Source of the DNA: an uncultured Ruminococcus sp.
Lineage (GTDB): Bacteria > Bacillota > Clostridia > Oscillospirales > CAG-272
Length of the DNA stretch: 37,286 bases
Assembly: GCA_964463735.1 (NCBI GenBank)
Contig: CAYXDB010000002.1
Location: 1-37,286, forward strand
Reading direction: 5' to 3'
Under the pieces are notes generated by a model, which was given only the letters and a program-made list of their open reading frames with translations, made no database searches and was not told the origin of the DNA. A program made the translations under genes and the position numbers. Within the stretch, counting starts at the first letter, position 1. Each line of letters begins with the position of its first letter. Shown piece after piece: positions 17,384 through 27,275 of the stretch.

Positions 17384-17412
17384 ATTTTAGCAGATTATCT
17401 CTCACATTTCAA
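17384..17412 (-). promoter_or_regulatory. Sigma-A promoter of the SRP RNA
   Basis: Minus strand reads TTGAAA (17407-17412), a 17-nt spacer, then TAAAAT (17384-17389). The predicted start, about 7 nt downstream, coincides with the first base of the terminal helix. Confidence 0.6.
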
Positions 17413-17459
17413 GTACTAATCAAAAAAAACTGGATTTTCTTCTTTTCTTTCGGACCTAT

Positions 17460-17506
17460 GGTCTGCAAAAGGAGCAGACCAGCCATGCCACACAGCGTGG
17501 CATGGC
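17460..17506 (-). terminator. Tandem stem-loops downstream of the sugar ABC operon (probable terminator)
   Basis: Stems ggtctgc/gcagacc (17460-17480) and gccatgccac/gtggcatggc (17482-17506). The nearest T8 run on the minus strand is about 30 nt further on (17422-17429), so this is not a textbook terminator. Confidence 0.45.
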
Positions 17507-17522
17507 CGGTACGATGCTATCG

Positions 17523-18356
17523 CTATCCTTTCACGGCACCCGCCACGACCCCGCGTATGATGTGCCGCTGCATGAACCCGTAAAAGACCAGGATCGGTAT
17601 GATGGAGAGGACCAGCATAGCCATGAGCGCCCCCATATCCCGTGCGCCATACCCGCCTTGCAGATATTGGACAGCCACGGGGATCGTGCGATATCGGGTA
17701 CCGATGACCAGAAGGGGCAACAGATAGTCATTCCAGATCCACATGGCATTCAGCACGGCGACGGTGATAGCGGTGGGGCGCAGGATGGGCAACAGGATGT
17801 GAAAGTAGCATTGCAACGGAGTGCAGCCGTCTATCTCCGCCGCTTCCTCAATGGCCAGCGGGATCGAGCGGATAAAGCCGCTGAAGATGAAGACCGACAA
17901 CCCTGCCCCAAAGCCCAGGTAGATGAGCACGATGCCGACCGGGTCTTCCAGATGCAACACATTGGCCACGCGCGACATCGTGAACATGACCATCTGGAAC
18001 GGAACGATCATGCTGAAGACCAGCACGTAATACAGGGCGCGTGTGACCTTCCCCGGGACACGGGCCAGGTACCAGGCCGTCATGGAGGTGAACAGCAATA
18101 TCACGCACACCGAAGAGACCGTAATAAAGAGCGAGCAGAAGAACGCCTGGAAAAAATCCGTTTTGCGGATGCCGTTGATATAGTTCTCAAAGCCGACAAA
18201 GCTCTGGCCGGTCGGGAAAGAAAAAGGCGCATCTGTGATATACAATTGCCCTTTGAAGGAATTCATACATACGATCACGATCGGCAAAAGGAACAGCAGG
18301 GCCAGGACGGAAAGCAAAACGACCTGGCATATCCTGAGAACACGTTTTTCTCTCAC
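17523..18356 (-). CDS. Carbohydrate ABC transporter permease (MalG/CUT1 type)
   Basis: Six-TM profile with EAA loop 'EEAAEIDGCTPLQCYFHILLPILRP'. The GTG start at 18356 overlaps the upstream TGA (GTGA) and follows GGAGGTGGA. The track's start at 18398 is rejected. Confidence 0.9.
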   Translation of the reverse strand: MREKRVLRICQVVLLSVLALLFLLPIVIVCMNSFKGQLYITDAPFSFPTGQSFVGFENYINGIRKTDFFQAFFCSLFITVSSVCVILLFTSMTAWYLARVPGKVTRALYYVLVFSMIVPFQMVMFTMSRVANVLHLEDPVGIVLIYLGFGAGLSVFIFSGFIRSIPLAIEEAAEIDGCTPLQCYFHILLPILRPTAITVAVLNAMWIWNDYLLPLLVIGTRYRTIPVAVQYLQGGYGARDMGALMAMLVLSIIPILVFYGFMQRHIIRGVVAGAVKG

Positions 18357-19198
18357 AGGTCCACCTCCCGTTTCCGCGTCAAGCGCATCTGCCCCCACGC
18401 CACCACGGCGACCAGCAAAAAGAAGAGTACCGCCTTTGCCTGGCCAACGCCTTCCTGCCCTACACTGCCATAGAAGGTATTATAGATATCCAGTGCCAGC
18501 AATTGGGTCTGCTTGCCGGGTGCACCGGCAGTCAGGGCCAGATTCTGGTCAAAGGTCTTAAATGCGTTGCTCAGGGTCAGAAAAGTACAGATCGTGACTG
18601 CTGGCATGACGAGCGGCAACGTGATATGCCGCAAAGTCTGCCAGCCGGTCGCGCCGTCGATCGCCGCCACTTCCCGCATTTCCTCGGGAATATTCTGCAG
18701 GCCGGCGATATAGATGATCATCATATAACCGATCATCTGCCAGTTCGTCAAAATGACCAGGCCCCAGAACCCGTATTCCGCCCGATAGGTCAGATCGACC
18801 CCGGCCCCGGCCAGCACCCCGTTGATGATCAATTGCCAAATATATCCCAGCACGATCCCGCCGATCAGGTTAGGGGCAAAGAAGACCGTGCGGAACAGAT
18901 TGGTGCCCGGCAGTCCCCTCGTCAGGAGCAGTGCCAGGGCAAAGGCACTGAGATTGACGGTGAGGACAGACACGATGGTATACTGCAAGGTGAAAAGAAA
19001 GGCCTGCACGAAATCATTATTCTGCGTGAAGACCCGCACATAGTTATCCCATCCGACCCACACGGCATCGCTCACGGTAGTAAAGTGGGTAAAGGACAGG
19101 TAGACACCTGTCACGAAAGGCACCAAAAATGCGATGATAAAGGCCAGCAGCGTCGGAAATAGCAACAAACAGGCATAGCGCCTCATACTGCGCTGCAT
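18353..19198 (-). CDS. Carbohydrate ABC transporter permease (MalF/CUT1 type)
   Basis: EAA loop 'EVAAIDGATGWQTLRHITLPLVMP' and a multi-TM profile. It lies 1 nt downstream of the binding-protein gene. Confidence 0.9.
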   Translation of the reverse strand: MQRSMRRYACLLLFPTLLAFIIAFLVPFVTGVYLSFTHFTTVSDAVWVGWDNYVRVFTQNNDFVQAFLFTLQYTIVSVLTVNLSAFALALLLTRGLPGTNLFRTVFFAPNLIGGIVLGYIWQLIINGVLAGAGVDLTYRAEYGFWGLVILTNWQMIGYMMIIYIAGLQNIPEEMREVAAIDGATGWQTLRHITLPLVMPAVTICTFLTLSNAFKTFDQNLALTAGAPGKQTQLLALDIYNTFYGSVGQEGVGQAKAVLFFLLVAVVAWGQMRLTRKREVDL

Positions 19199-19199
19199 A

Positions 19200-20525
19200 T
19201 TATTGGTACTCTTCCTTCCACCGTTTTACGAACGTGGCCTTGACCGCCTCCCAGGTGCTGTTCCCCTGCGCATATTGCAACAGTGCCGCGCCAAGATCCG
19301 TCTTAAAATTCTGGCTGGGGAAAATGGAAAACGTCCAGGGCAATGTCTGCACATCCTCTTTGGTGATCCACTGGTACACCTCCCGCCCCAAGGGGTCAGA
19401 TGGCACCTCATCTTCTTCAAAGGTGTCATACGGCGCGATAAAATGCAAGCGATCGGTCACGAAGGCTTTGCCTGTCTCACTCGTATACAACCACAAAAGG
19501 AAGTCCTCCGCCAGCTGCTGTTTTTCGGGGGAGGCCTGCGCATTGACGGCGAAATAGTTTTCGGTCCCGACGCACAGCCCCTGCTTCTCTTCCCCTGGCA
19601 GGCCCATATAGATCGGCATCAGGCGTATCTTATCCTCCTTGACCTGGTTCCCGCTCACATCGGCGATCTGGCTCCAGGCCCAGTTACCGTTCTGCACCAT
19701 GGCGCACTGCCCCAGCGCAAATTCCGCCATGGAATCCGCCACCTGTTTGCTCCCCAATAGTTTGGGGTCGGTCGTGGAATTCTGGATATACAGGTCAAAG
19801 ATCTGCCGATAGGCGCTGTCATATTGAAACTGCGTGTCGGACAGGTCATCTACAGCGATATCCAGTTGCCTGTCCTGATACTCCTGATAGATCGGAAGGC
19901 TGGCCAGATGCGACTGCCAGCGCCAATCCTCCCCGGACTTCAAAGACGTGGCGGCAAAGACCCCCCGGATGCCCAATTCTTCTTTATGCCGGCTCATATC
20001 CTCGACCACGGCGCGTAACTGTGCGAACGTGCAGATCTCCTCCATCGACTGGACGGAGGTCTGGCGCCCTTCCAAGGCAAAATAGCGATCGGTGATCTCC
20101 TGGTTGTATACGATGCCATACCCTTCTACCACGGCGGGGATGCCATATACGCCCCCGCCGGAGGTGATCGCCAGGGCCGGGTCGGTCATATGCTGGTATA
20201 TCCTGCTCTGCGAAAGGTCTTTACAATACTCTTTCCAGGAGGCGTAGCCGCGCACACCATTTAACTGGAACAGCACCGGCGCATCGCTCTTGGCGATCTC
20301 GGATTTCAGGGTCTGCTCATACGTCCCGGAGGCGGCCGTGACCACGCGCAGGGTCACCCCGGTCTCTGCCTTGTATTTTGTGGCGATATCCTGATAGACC
20401 TCCGCCACTTCCGGCTTGAAATTCAAAAAATACAGCGTGTTCTCCTCTGTGCCTGTACACCCTGCAAGCAAAGGCGCCCCCAGCAGGAGAAGAAGCATGC
20501 AACATAAACACCATCGTCTTACCAT
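19200..20525 (-). CDS. Extracellular sugar-binding lipoprotein of the ABC transporter
   Basis: Signal peptide with lipobox 'LLAGC', 441 aa, family-1 solute-binding-like. RBS AAGGAG. No ATPase or regulator is encoded in the operon. Confidence 0.9.
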   Translation of the reverse strand: MVRRWCLCCMLLLLLGAPLLAGCTGTEENTLYFLNFKPEVAEVYQDIATKYKAETGVTLRVVTAASGTYEQTLKSEIAKSDAPVLFQLNGVRGYASWKEYCKDLSQSRIYQHMTDPALAITSGGGVYGIPAVVEGYGIVYNQEITDRYFALEGRQTSVQSMEEICTFAQLRAVVEDMSRHKEELGIRGVFAATSLKSGEDWRWQSHLASLPIYQEYQDRQLDIAVDDLSDTQFQYDSAYRQIFDLYIQNSTTDPKLLGSKQVADSMAEFALGQCAMVQNGNWAWSQIADVSGNQVKEDKIRLMPIYMGLPGEEKQGLCVGTENYFAVNAQASPEKQQLAEDFLLWLYTSETGKAFVTDRLHFIAPYDTFEEDEVPSDPLGREVYQWITKEDVQTLPWTFSIFPSQNFKTDLGAALLQYAQGNSTWEAVKATFVKRWKEEYQ

Positions 20526-20618
20526 TCTGCGTTCTCCTTTTTACATGATACACCTTTAGTGTTTTCCCATTGCCGGGCATCCATACAAAAAGCGCGCTGT
20601 CAAACTCTGGCATGTGGC

Positions 20619-20662
20619 AAAAAAGCAGTACCGGCCGGAACGCATGTTCCGGCCGGTACTGC
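20619..20662 (-). terminator. Rho-independent terminator after the topoisomerase A-subunit gene
   Basis: Perfect 17-bp stem gcagtaccggccggaac/gttccggccggtactgc with loop gcat, followed on the minus strand by T6. Confidence 0.9.
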
Positions 20663-20690
20663 CCCTGCAACACAGGTAGCCATACACGGC

Positions 20691-22931
20691 TCAGGTCTCG
20701 TCAAAACGGATCTGCTGGTGGGAAAGATCTTTCTCTGCCAGCAGGATGCCGGTGGATGGGATCTTCCTTTTACGGTATCTCTCCGGCGTCTCATACTTGC
20801 CGGCGTAGTCGGTGGTGGCAAAGACCAGTTTCTGTTTTCCCTTTTTCAGATCAAAGAGGGTGACACCGCCTGCGGTCTTGGTGGCCATTTGCGGTATCAG
20901 GGAAGACGAAAGCAGGATCGCGCGACCGGCATCGTTCACCATGAGGATATCCAGCGGCTTCTCTTCCTCCATAAAGGCGGCCACGACCGGCGATGCCGTG
21001 GAGAATACGGATTGCAGCTTTTTCCGCTCGGCACTGTAATTATCCATGGAGATGCGCACGCCCTTACCATTTTCAAACAGGAGCACGAGATGATGCTTTT
21101 TGGAATAGCCGGTGACCGCTTTTGCCAGGATCGGGCGCTCCCCTTCGTTCATGCGGAAGCGTACCGGAAGATACTCGCCCAGGGCAGAGGCCTTGACCAT
21201 ATCAAAATCTGCCACCTTAGCTTTATAGGCGCGTGCCTGATCGGTAAAGACGATCAACTCACCGCGGTTATCTGTGTCCTCGGAAGAGAGGATATGATCC
21301 CCTTCTTTCAGATTCTGCTCATCGTTCCCGCGCAAGGATTGCAAGGTGATCTTTTTGAAATAGCCATCGTGCGTCAGGATCAGGCGCACCTGATAGTTTT
21401 CTACCAGGTCTTCTTCCTCCGGCATCTGGATATCGGCAGGGTCGATCAACTGTGTTTTGCGGGGCTTGGCATATTTCTTTTTGATCTCCTTTAACTGATC
21501 GGCGATCAGGGCCCGCATTTTCAGATCATCCCCCAGGATCTCCTGGATATGCTGGATCGCGGCCTGCAATTCCTCGATCTCCTGCACGCGGTTTAAGATA
21601 TATTCGCGGTTCAGATGGCGCAACTTGATCTCAGCGATATATTCGGCCTGTATCTCATCCAGGGAGAACGCCTCCATCAGGTTGGGGACCACATCGCACT
21701 CTTTTTCCGTATTGCGCACGATGCGCACCGCCTTATCGATATCCAACAGGATATTGGCCAGGCCCAGAAGCAGATGCAATTTATCATTCTTGCGTCCCAG
21801 ATCAAAGGTCAGTTCCCGCCGCAGGCAGGTGGTGCGGAAGCGGATCCATTCGCGCAAGATCTCACACACGCCCAACTGCTGGGGGCGCCCGTCGATCAGG
21901 ATATTGAAATTACAATTGAAATTGGAACGCAACGGGGTCAACTGATACAATTTGGCCATCAGTTTGTCCGGGTCTGTCCCGCGGCGCAGTTCCAGGGTGA
22001 GTTTGAAGCCGCTCAGATCAATGGCGTCCCGCACATCGGTGATCTCTTTGATGCGCCCGCTCTTGATCAGCTCGGTCAATTTATCCATGATATCTTCAAT
22101 GGTGGTACTATACGGGATCTGCAGGATCTCGATACTGTTATCATCCTTATTATAGCGATAGCGCGCATAAAGCGTGATCGGGCCGATGCCCGTTTCATAC
22201 ACGCGGCGCAATTGCTCCGGATCATAGGCCAGGAGGCCACCGCCCGGGAAGTCCGGCGCTTTGATGATCTCCATCATGCGGTCCACGGTCAGTTTGGGAT
22301 TCTTCAACAGTGCGATCGTCCCATCACACAACTCGCCCAAATTGAAGGAACAGATCGAGCAAGCCATGCCGACGGCGATCCCCAGGTTCGGCGACAGGAG
22401 GATATTGGGGAACGTGGTGGGCAGCAATGTCGGCTCCGTAGTGGTATTATCATAATTGGGTACCATGTCTACCGCGTCTTTATCGATCCCGGCGAACAGC
22501 TCCTGACAAAAGGCGTCCAATTTCACCTCGGTATAGCGCGATGCGGCATACGCCATATCCTTGCTGTACTGTTTGCCAAAGCTCCCCTTGGAGTCTACGA
22601 AAGGGTGTAACAGCGCCTCGCAACCGCGCGTCAACCGTACCATCGTTTCATAGATCGCGGCATCGCCATGCGGATTCAGATGCATCGTCTGCCCCACCAC
22701 GTTGGCACTCTTGGTACGGGCACCGGTCAGCAGGCCCATCTTGTACATGGTATACAGCAGTTTCCGGTGCGAAGGTTTGAAGCCGTCTATATCGGGCAGG
22801 GCGCGCGAGACTATCACACTCATGACATACGGCATGTAATTCTTCTCAATCGTCTCGGTGATCGGCTGTAATGTGACCTCCGCGGCGGGAGGCGGCACCG
22901 GCCGGCTGTCTGCCTTGCTTTTTCTAGCCAT
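20691..22931 (-). CDS. Type IIA DNA topoisomerase subunit A (GyrA/ParC family)
   Basis: 'IDGFKPSHRKLLYTM', 'NPHGDAAIYETMVRL' and catalytic Tyr context 'AASRYTEVKL'. Start chosen at MARKSK (22931), with AAGGAG 9 nt upstream, overlapping the sua5 stop by 8 nt. I cannot tell ParC from a GyrA paralogue by eye. Confidence 0.9.
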   Translation of the reverse strand: MARKSKADSRPVPPPAAEVTLQPITETIEKNYMPYVMSVIVSRALPDIDGFKPSHRKLLYTMYKMGLLTGARTKSANVVGQTMHLNPHGDAAIYETMVRLTRGCEALLHPFVDSKGSFGKQYSKDMAYAASRYTEVKLDAFCQELFAGIDKDAVDMVPNYDNTTTEPTLLPTTFPNILLSPNLGIAVGMACSICSFNLGELCDGTIALLKNPKLTVDRMMEIIKAPDFPGGGLLAYDPEQLRRVYETGIGPITLYARYRYNKDDNSIEILQIPYSTTIEDIMDKLTELIKSGRIKEITDVRDAIDLSGFKLTLELRRGTDPDKLMAKLYQLTPLRSNFNCNFNILIDGRPQQLGVCEILREWIRFRTTCLRRELTFDLGRKNDKLHLLLGLANILLDIDKAVRIVRNTEKECDVVPNLMEAFSLDEIQAEYIAEIKLRHLNREYILNRVQEIEELQAAIQHIQEILGDDLKMRALIADQLKEIKKKYAKPRKTQLIDPADIQMPEEEDLVENYQVRLILTHDGYFKKITLQSLRGNDEQNLKEGDHILSSEDTDNRGELIVFTDQARAYKAKVADFDMVKASALGEYLPVRFRMNEGERPILAKAVTGYSKKHHLVLLFENGKGVRISMDNYSAERKKLQSVFSTASPVVAAFMEEEKPLDILMVNDAGRAILLSSSLIPQMATKTAGGVTLFDLKKGKQKLVFATTDYAGKYETPERYRKRKIPSTGILLAEKDLSHQQIRFDET

Positions 22932-24000
22932 TTTCAGCATCTCCTTTCGCATTCACGCGTATGATCTGGTGCGCGGCGGCGCGTATCATCCGATTGTACA
23001 GCGCCATGCCCATGCCCTGCGGCACCGGGAGCGGCGCATAGATCTTCTCCCCGCCTAATTTATCCACATCCCGCAGGAGGGTGAAGAGGCGATGCGCCTG
23101 CTGCACCACGGCGGCCTTCTCCCCGAAAACGAATACCTGCCCCTGCGGGAGGAAGGAGAAGAACGGGACATCTTCCGCATAGCAGAGCACGGCGCAATGC
23201 CCCCCGCACTTCTGTATATAGGCGGCGCACCCCTCCGGACTGCCATCCAGCAATATAAGCGGTGTATGGGGCGCATAGTGGCGGTATTTCATCCCGGGAG
23301 AGAGCGCCACGCTCCCCTGCGGCAATTCCCCCAGCACCGCCTCGGCGATGCGGACACGGGGGCAAACGGCCTGCAACATATCCGGCGTGATGCCACCGGG
23401 GCGCAACAGCGTCAAGCTCTCATCCGGCTCGATCTTCACGATCGTGGATTCTACCCCGATCTCACAATCACCGCCATCCAGGATGATATCCACCCGGCCG
23501 TCCATATCCTCGACCACATGGCGGGCGCACGTGGGAGACGGGCTCCCCGATAGATTGGCCGAGGGGGCGGCGATGGGGCGCCCGGTCGCCTCGAGCAATG
23601 CGTGCGCCACCAGGTGAGAAGGACAGCGGATCGCCACCGTCGGCAACCCGCCCGTCACGGTGCGCGGGATCGTGGCCTTAGCGGGCATGATGACCGTAAG
23701 CGGGCCAGGCATAAAGGCCTGTGCCAGCCGGTCGTACAGCGCCGATGTCTCGGCGTACTGCGCGGCCTCTCCCGGGTGGGCGATATGCACGATCAGCGGG
23801 TTATCCGAGGGGCGCCCCTTGGCGGCGTAGATACGTTCTGCGGCGGTGGCATCCGTCGCATCCCCGCCGAGACCGTATACCGTCTCAGTCGGGAAGACCA
23901 CGAGCCCCCCCTGCCGCAACACGGCGGCGGCACGGGTGAGCATGGCCTGCCCTTCCGGCGCGTGGGGATCAGCTATCTTCCATACTTCAGTTTTCTTCAT
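22924..24000 (-). CDS. ywlC: L-threonylcarbamoyladenylate synthase (Sua5/YwlC, YrdC domain plus Sua5 domain)
   Basis: '[15 protein letters not shown]' and '[13 protein letters not shown]' plus an extended C-terminal domain, 358 aa in total. The start overlaps the prfA 3' end by 14 nt. Confidence 0.9.
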   Translation of the reverse strand: MKKTEVWKIADPHAPEGQAMLTRAAAVLRQGGLVVFPTETVYGLGGDATDATAAERIYAAKGRPSDNPLIVHIAHPGEAAQYAETSALYDRLAQAFMPGPLTVIMPAKATIPRTVTGGLPTVAIRCPSHLVAHALLEATGRPIAAPSANLSGSPSPTCARHVVEDMDGRVDIILDGGDCEIGVESTIVKIEPDESLTLLRPGGITPDMLQAVCPRVRIAEAVLGELPQGSVALSPGMKYRHYAPHTPLILLDGSPEGCAAYIQKCGGHCAVLCYAEDVPFFSFLPQGQVFVFGEKAAVVQQAHRLFTLLRDVDKLGGEKIYAPLPVPQGMGMALYNRMIRAAAHQIIRVNAKGDAENG

Positions 24001-25069
24001 CGCTTGCCTTCAATCGTTCTGCGGTATCGGCCGCGGCCAGGGCATCCAGCATGGCGCTGATATTGCCATTCATAAAACTGTCCAACTGATACAGCGTCAG
24101 GCCGATCCGATGGTCGGTAATACGGCTCTGCGGGTAATTATAGGTGCGGATCTTCTCACTGCGGTCCCCGCTCCCTACCTGGCTCCGCCTGGTAGAGGCG
24201 CGGTCCGCCATCTGGCGCTGTTGCTCCTGCTCATAGAGTTTGGCACGCAGCATCTTCATCGCTTTGTCGCGGTTCTTCATCTGGCTACGCTCTTCCTGGC
24301 AAAAAACGACCAGGCCACTGGGCTTATGATAGATGCGTATCGCGGACTCGGTTTTATTGATATGCTGGCCACCTGCGCCACTGCTTTTCAGCGTTTCGAT
24401 CTCCAGGTCGCCTGGTTCGATGGTGATCTGCACATCCTCCACCTCCGGCAACACGGCCACCGTCACCGTGGACGTCTGGATACGCCCCTGCGACTCGGTC
24501 TGCGGGATGCGCTGGACACGGTGGACGCCGCTTTCAAACTTCATGCGTGAAAAGGCGCCCTCTCCCACCATCATGAAAGATATCTCGCGATACCCGCCCA
24601 ACTCTGTTTCATTCGCACTGAGCGGGTCGATGCGCCAGCCAGAGGACTGCGCATACATGCTGTACATGCGAAAGAGATCGGCGGCGAAGAGGGCAGCTTC
24701 CTCCCCCCCGGCGCCGGCGCGGATCTCCACGATGACGTTGCAGGCATCGTTTTCATCCCGCGGCAACAAAAGGATCTGTATCTGCTGTTCCTGTTCGGCA
24801 AGGGCGGTGCGGAGGGCGTCCGCCTCCTCCCGCGCCAGAGCGCGCAGGTCGTCCTCTTGCGTTACATCCATGGCGATCTCCTCGGCTTCCGCCAGGGCGC
24901 GACCGGCCCGTTGCCAGGCGCGATAGGCCTCTGCCACCGGGAGGAGCTGTTTGCGCTCTTTCATCAGGGAGCGGAGCTGTGCGGCATCCCGACTGACCTG
25001 CACCTGCCCGAGCAACTGCTCTATCTCTTCACAGCGCAGTGCGATGCGCTCCAGTTTTTCCTGTAACAT
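23987..25069 (-). CDS. prfA: Peptide chain release factor 1
   Basis: '[14 protein letters not shown]' (PxT region) and the GGQ motif '[14 protein letters not shown]'. 360 aa. Confidence 0.97.
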   Translation of the reverse strand: MLQEKLERIALRCEEIEQLLGQVQVSRDAAQLRSLMKERKQLLPVAEAYRAWQRAGRALAEAEEIAMDVTQEDDLRALAREEADALRTALAEQEQQIQILLLPRDENDACNVIVEIRAGAGGEEAALFAADLFRMYSMYAQSSGWRIDPLSANETELGGYREISFMMVGEGAFSRMKFESGVHRVQRIPQTESQGRIQTSTVTVAVLPEVEDVQITIEPGDLEIETLKSSGAGGQHINKTESAIRIYHKPSGLVVFCQEERSQMKNRDKAMKMLRAKLYEQEQQRQMADRASTRRSQVGSGDRSEKIRTYNYPQSRITDHRIGLTLYQLDSFMNGNISAMLDALAAADTAERLKASDEEN

Positions 25070-25072
25070 GGT

Positions 25073-26473
25073 TTACTGCAGGAAAGCGACAAATGCCTCG
25101 TGCGTGGTATACAGATCGGCCTTGGAGATGACCTCCCAGGGGGCATGCATCGATATGACGGGCACGCCGACATCGACCGTTTCAATATTCATATTAGCCA
25201 GGTAGGCAGCAACGGTGCCGCCACCGCCGACGTCCACCTTGCCGAGTTCCGATGTCTGCCACAGCACATTATGGGCAGCGAAGATGCGGCGTATACGCCC
25301 GACGAACTCAGCCGATGCGTCACTGGAACTGCTCTTGCCGCGGGCACCGGTGTACTTACACATGGTCACGCCGCAGGAGAGCATGGCGCTGTTGCGCTTT
25401 TCATATACTTCGGCAAAATTGGGGTCATAGGCCGCGCTGACATCGGCCGACAGGCACAGAGAGTGGGCGCGTACCACGGCGGGATCTGCGCCGCGTGCGG
25501 TGGCGATGGCATCGATCATATCCTGCAACAGGCAATTCTGCATGCCGCTCACCCCCACGGAGCCGATCTCTTCCTTATCGGCCAGGATGGCCATGGATGT
25601 ATGCGGCGTATCCGGGCAGGCAAGGAGGGCGGTGAGCTCGGGATAAGAGCACACGCGGTCATCATGCCCGTAGGCACCGATGAGGGCGCGGTCAAATCCG
25701 ATATCCCGCGCCTTGAAGGCGGGGACAGCCACCAGTTCCGCACTGATGAGATCCTCTTCCGTGATGCCATATTTTTCATGCAAAAGTGCGAGGATATTCA
25801 ATTTGACCTTACTGTCGATCTTGTCATCGGCATAGGGGAGGCCGCCGACCAGCAGGTTGAGCGTCTCACCCGGGATTGCCTGTGCCATGGTGCGGGACAT
25901 CTGCTCCTGCGCCAGGTGCGGCAGAAGATCATTGATATAGAAGACAGGGTCGGTCTCCTCTTCCCCGACTACGATATCGACCGTGGTACCGTCGGCACGC
26001 ACGACCGTGCCATGCAACGCCAGCGGGATCGTCGTCCACTGATATTTTTTGATCCCACCGTAATAATGCGTTTTCATAAAGCCCATGCCGCTGTCTTCAT
26101 ACAGCGGATTCTGCTTCAGATCCAGGCGGGGCGAATCGATATGGGCGGCCATGATCCGGATGCCATTCTGCGCCAGATCCTCTTCCCCTATCCGGAAAAC
26201 GAACAGATTCTTACCGCGGTTGTTATAGTATTTCTTATCGCCGGGGCGCAGTGCATCCCCCAGGGCATACGGGGTGTAACCAGCGGCCTCTACCATAGCG
26301 ATGCCCGCTTTGACCGCCTCACGTTCGGTCTTCGACGCATCCATGAAGGCCTTGTATCCTTCGGCATAGGCAAACATCGCCGCGCGGCGCTCTTCATCTG
26401 CCTCCTCAAAGGCGTTCTTCTTTTTGTACGCCAATTCTTCCTGCAACAATTGTCCTTTGCTCTTCTCTTCCAT
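25073..26473 (-). CDS. M18-family aminopeptidase
   Basis: 'AAHIDSPRLDLKQNP', 'GHDDRVC', 'DKEEIGS' and 'PVISMHAP'. Start chosen at MEEKSK (26473), with AAGGAAGGA 8 nt upstream. Confidence 0.85.
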   Translation of the reverse strand: MEEKSKGQLLQEELAYKKKNAFEEADEERRAAMFAYAEGYKAFMDASKTEREAVKAGIAMVEAAGYTPYALGDALRPGDKKYYNNRGKNLFVFRIGEEDLAQNGIRIMAAHIDSPRLDLKQNPLYEDSGMGFMKTHYYGGIKKYQWTTIPLALHGTVVRADGTTVDIVVGEEETDPVFYINDLLPHLAQEQMSRTMAQAIPGETLNLLVGGLPYADDKIDSKVKLNILALLHEKYGITEEDLISAELVAVPAFKARDIGFDRALIGAYGHDDRVCSYPELTALLACPDTPHTSMAILADKEEIGSVGVSGMQNCLLQDMIDAIATARGADPAVVRAHSLCLSADVSAAYDPNFAEVYEKRNSAMLSCGVTMCKYTGARGKSSSSDASAEFVGRIRRIFAAHNVLWQTSELGKVDVGGGGTVAAYLANMNIETVDVGVPVISMHAPWEVISKADLYTTHEAFVAFLQ

Positions 26474-26522
26474 GACCTGTATCCTTCCTTTCAATTTTTA
26501 CTGTTTTACTGTTTTTGCTATG

Positions 26523-27146
26523 TCAGGTCCCGTGCGCTACGGCGGGGAAAAACTTCTCGCGCCAGGCGTTTGCCGCCGCGACCAGCGCATCGATATAGCC
26601 CGCGTTTTCTACGATATAGGGGGTGCGGGAACGATAAAAGCTATCGGGCGGCTGGGCGGCGATGCGCCGCGCCGCTTCTTCCTCTGTAAGGCCATCCCGT
26701 TGTACGATCCGGCGACAACGGAGGGCAAAGGGCGCCACGACCGCAAGGACGGCAAAGCACAGCTCATCCCAGCCGGCCTCAAACAAAAGCGGCACATCCA
26801 GCAAGATCCCCTGCTCTCCTCTGTCCTTTGCGCTTTGTATCGCGGAGTCACAAGCCTCTTTTACGTAGCGATGCGTGATCGCATTCAATTGTGCGCGGCG
26901 CGATGCGGCATTTTCTGCGTCGGAAAAGACCTGTTCTGCCAGAGCGCGGCGGTCCAAACTGCCATCCGGATGCAAGACAGAGGTGCCGAAGGCACATGCG
27001 ATCTCCCGGGTGCAGGGAGAGGGGGCGCCTGTGATCTGATGATAGGCGGCATCGGCATCAAAATACGCGATCCCCCCTTGACAGAAGGACCGTGCAAATG
27101 CACTTTTCCCACAACCACTGCCACCTGTTAGCCCGATCACGCGCAT
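26523..27146 (-). CDS. coaE: Dephospho-CoA kinase
   Basis: N-terminal P-loop 'GLTGGSGCGKS', 207 aa, typical CoaE length and layout. Confidence 0.9.
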   Translation of the reverse strand: MRVIGLTGGSGCGKSAFARSFCQGGIAYFDADAAYHQITGAPSPCTREIACAFGTSVLHPDGSLDRRALAEQVFSDAENAASRRAQLNAITHRYVKEACDSAIQSAKDRGEQGILLDVPLLFEAGWDELCFAVLAVVAPFALRCRRIVQRDGLTEEEAARRIAAQPPDSFYRSRTPYIVENAGYIDALVAAANAWREKFFPAVAHGT

Positions 27147-27178
27147 AGCTTTCCCCTTTGCAAAAAACCTTACCTTAA

Positions 27179-27207
27179 ATTATAAATGATTTCTCCCGTT
27201 TTGTCAA
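27179..27207 (-). promoter_or_regulatory. Consensus sigma-A promoter of the coaE string
   Basis: Minus strand reads TTGACA (27202-27207), a 17-nt spacer, then TATAAT (27179-27184). Confidence 0.65.
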
Positions 27208-27275
27208 CCCTGGAGAATGACCGAAACGGCATTTTTTGCATAGAATGGCAATGAATATCGCACAAGGAGGGTCTT

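Noticed and set aside
16983-17419. ORFs 16983-17201 (minus strand) and 17183-17419 (plus strand) in the dnaX upstream region.
   Set aside because: They lie on the SRP RNA gene and have no RBS or recognisable protein features.
26496-26516. Perfect tandem octamer 'ttttactg' x2 plus a partial third copy, in the coaE/aminopeptidase spacer.
   Set aside because: It is only two full copies in an AT-rich 49-nt spacer directly upstream of the RBS. That is too short to separate from chance or slippage, and no partner site was seen elsewhere in the window.
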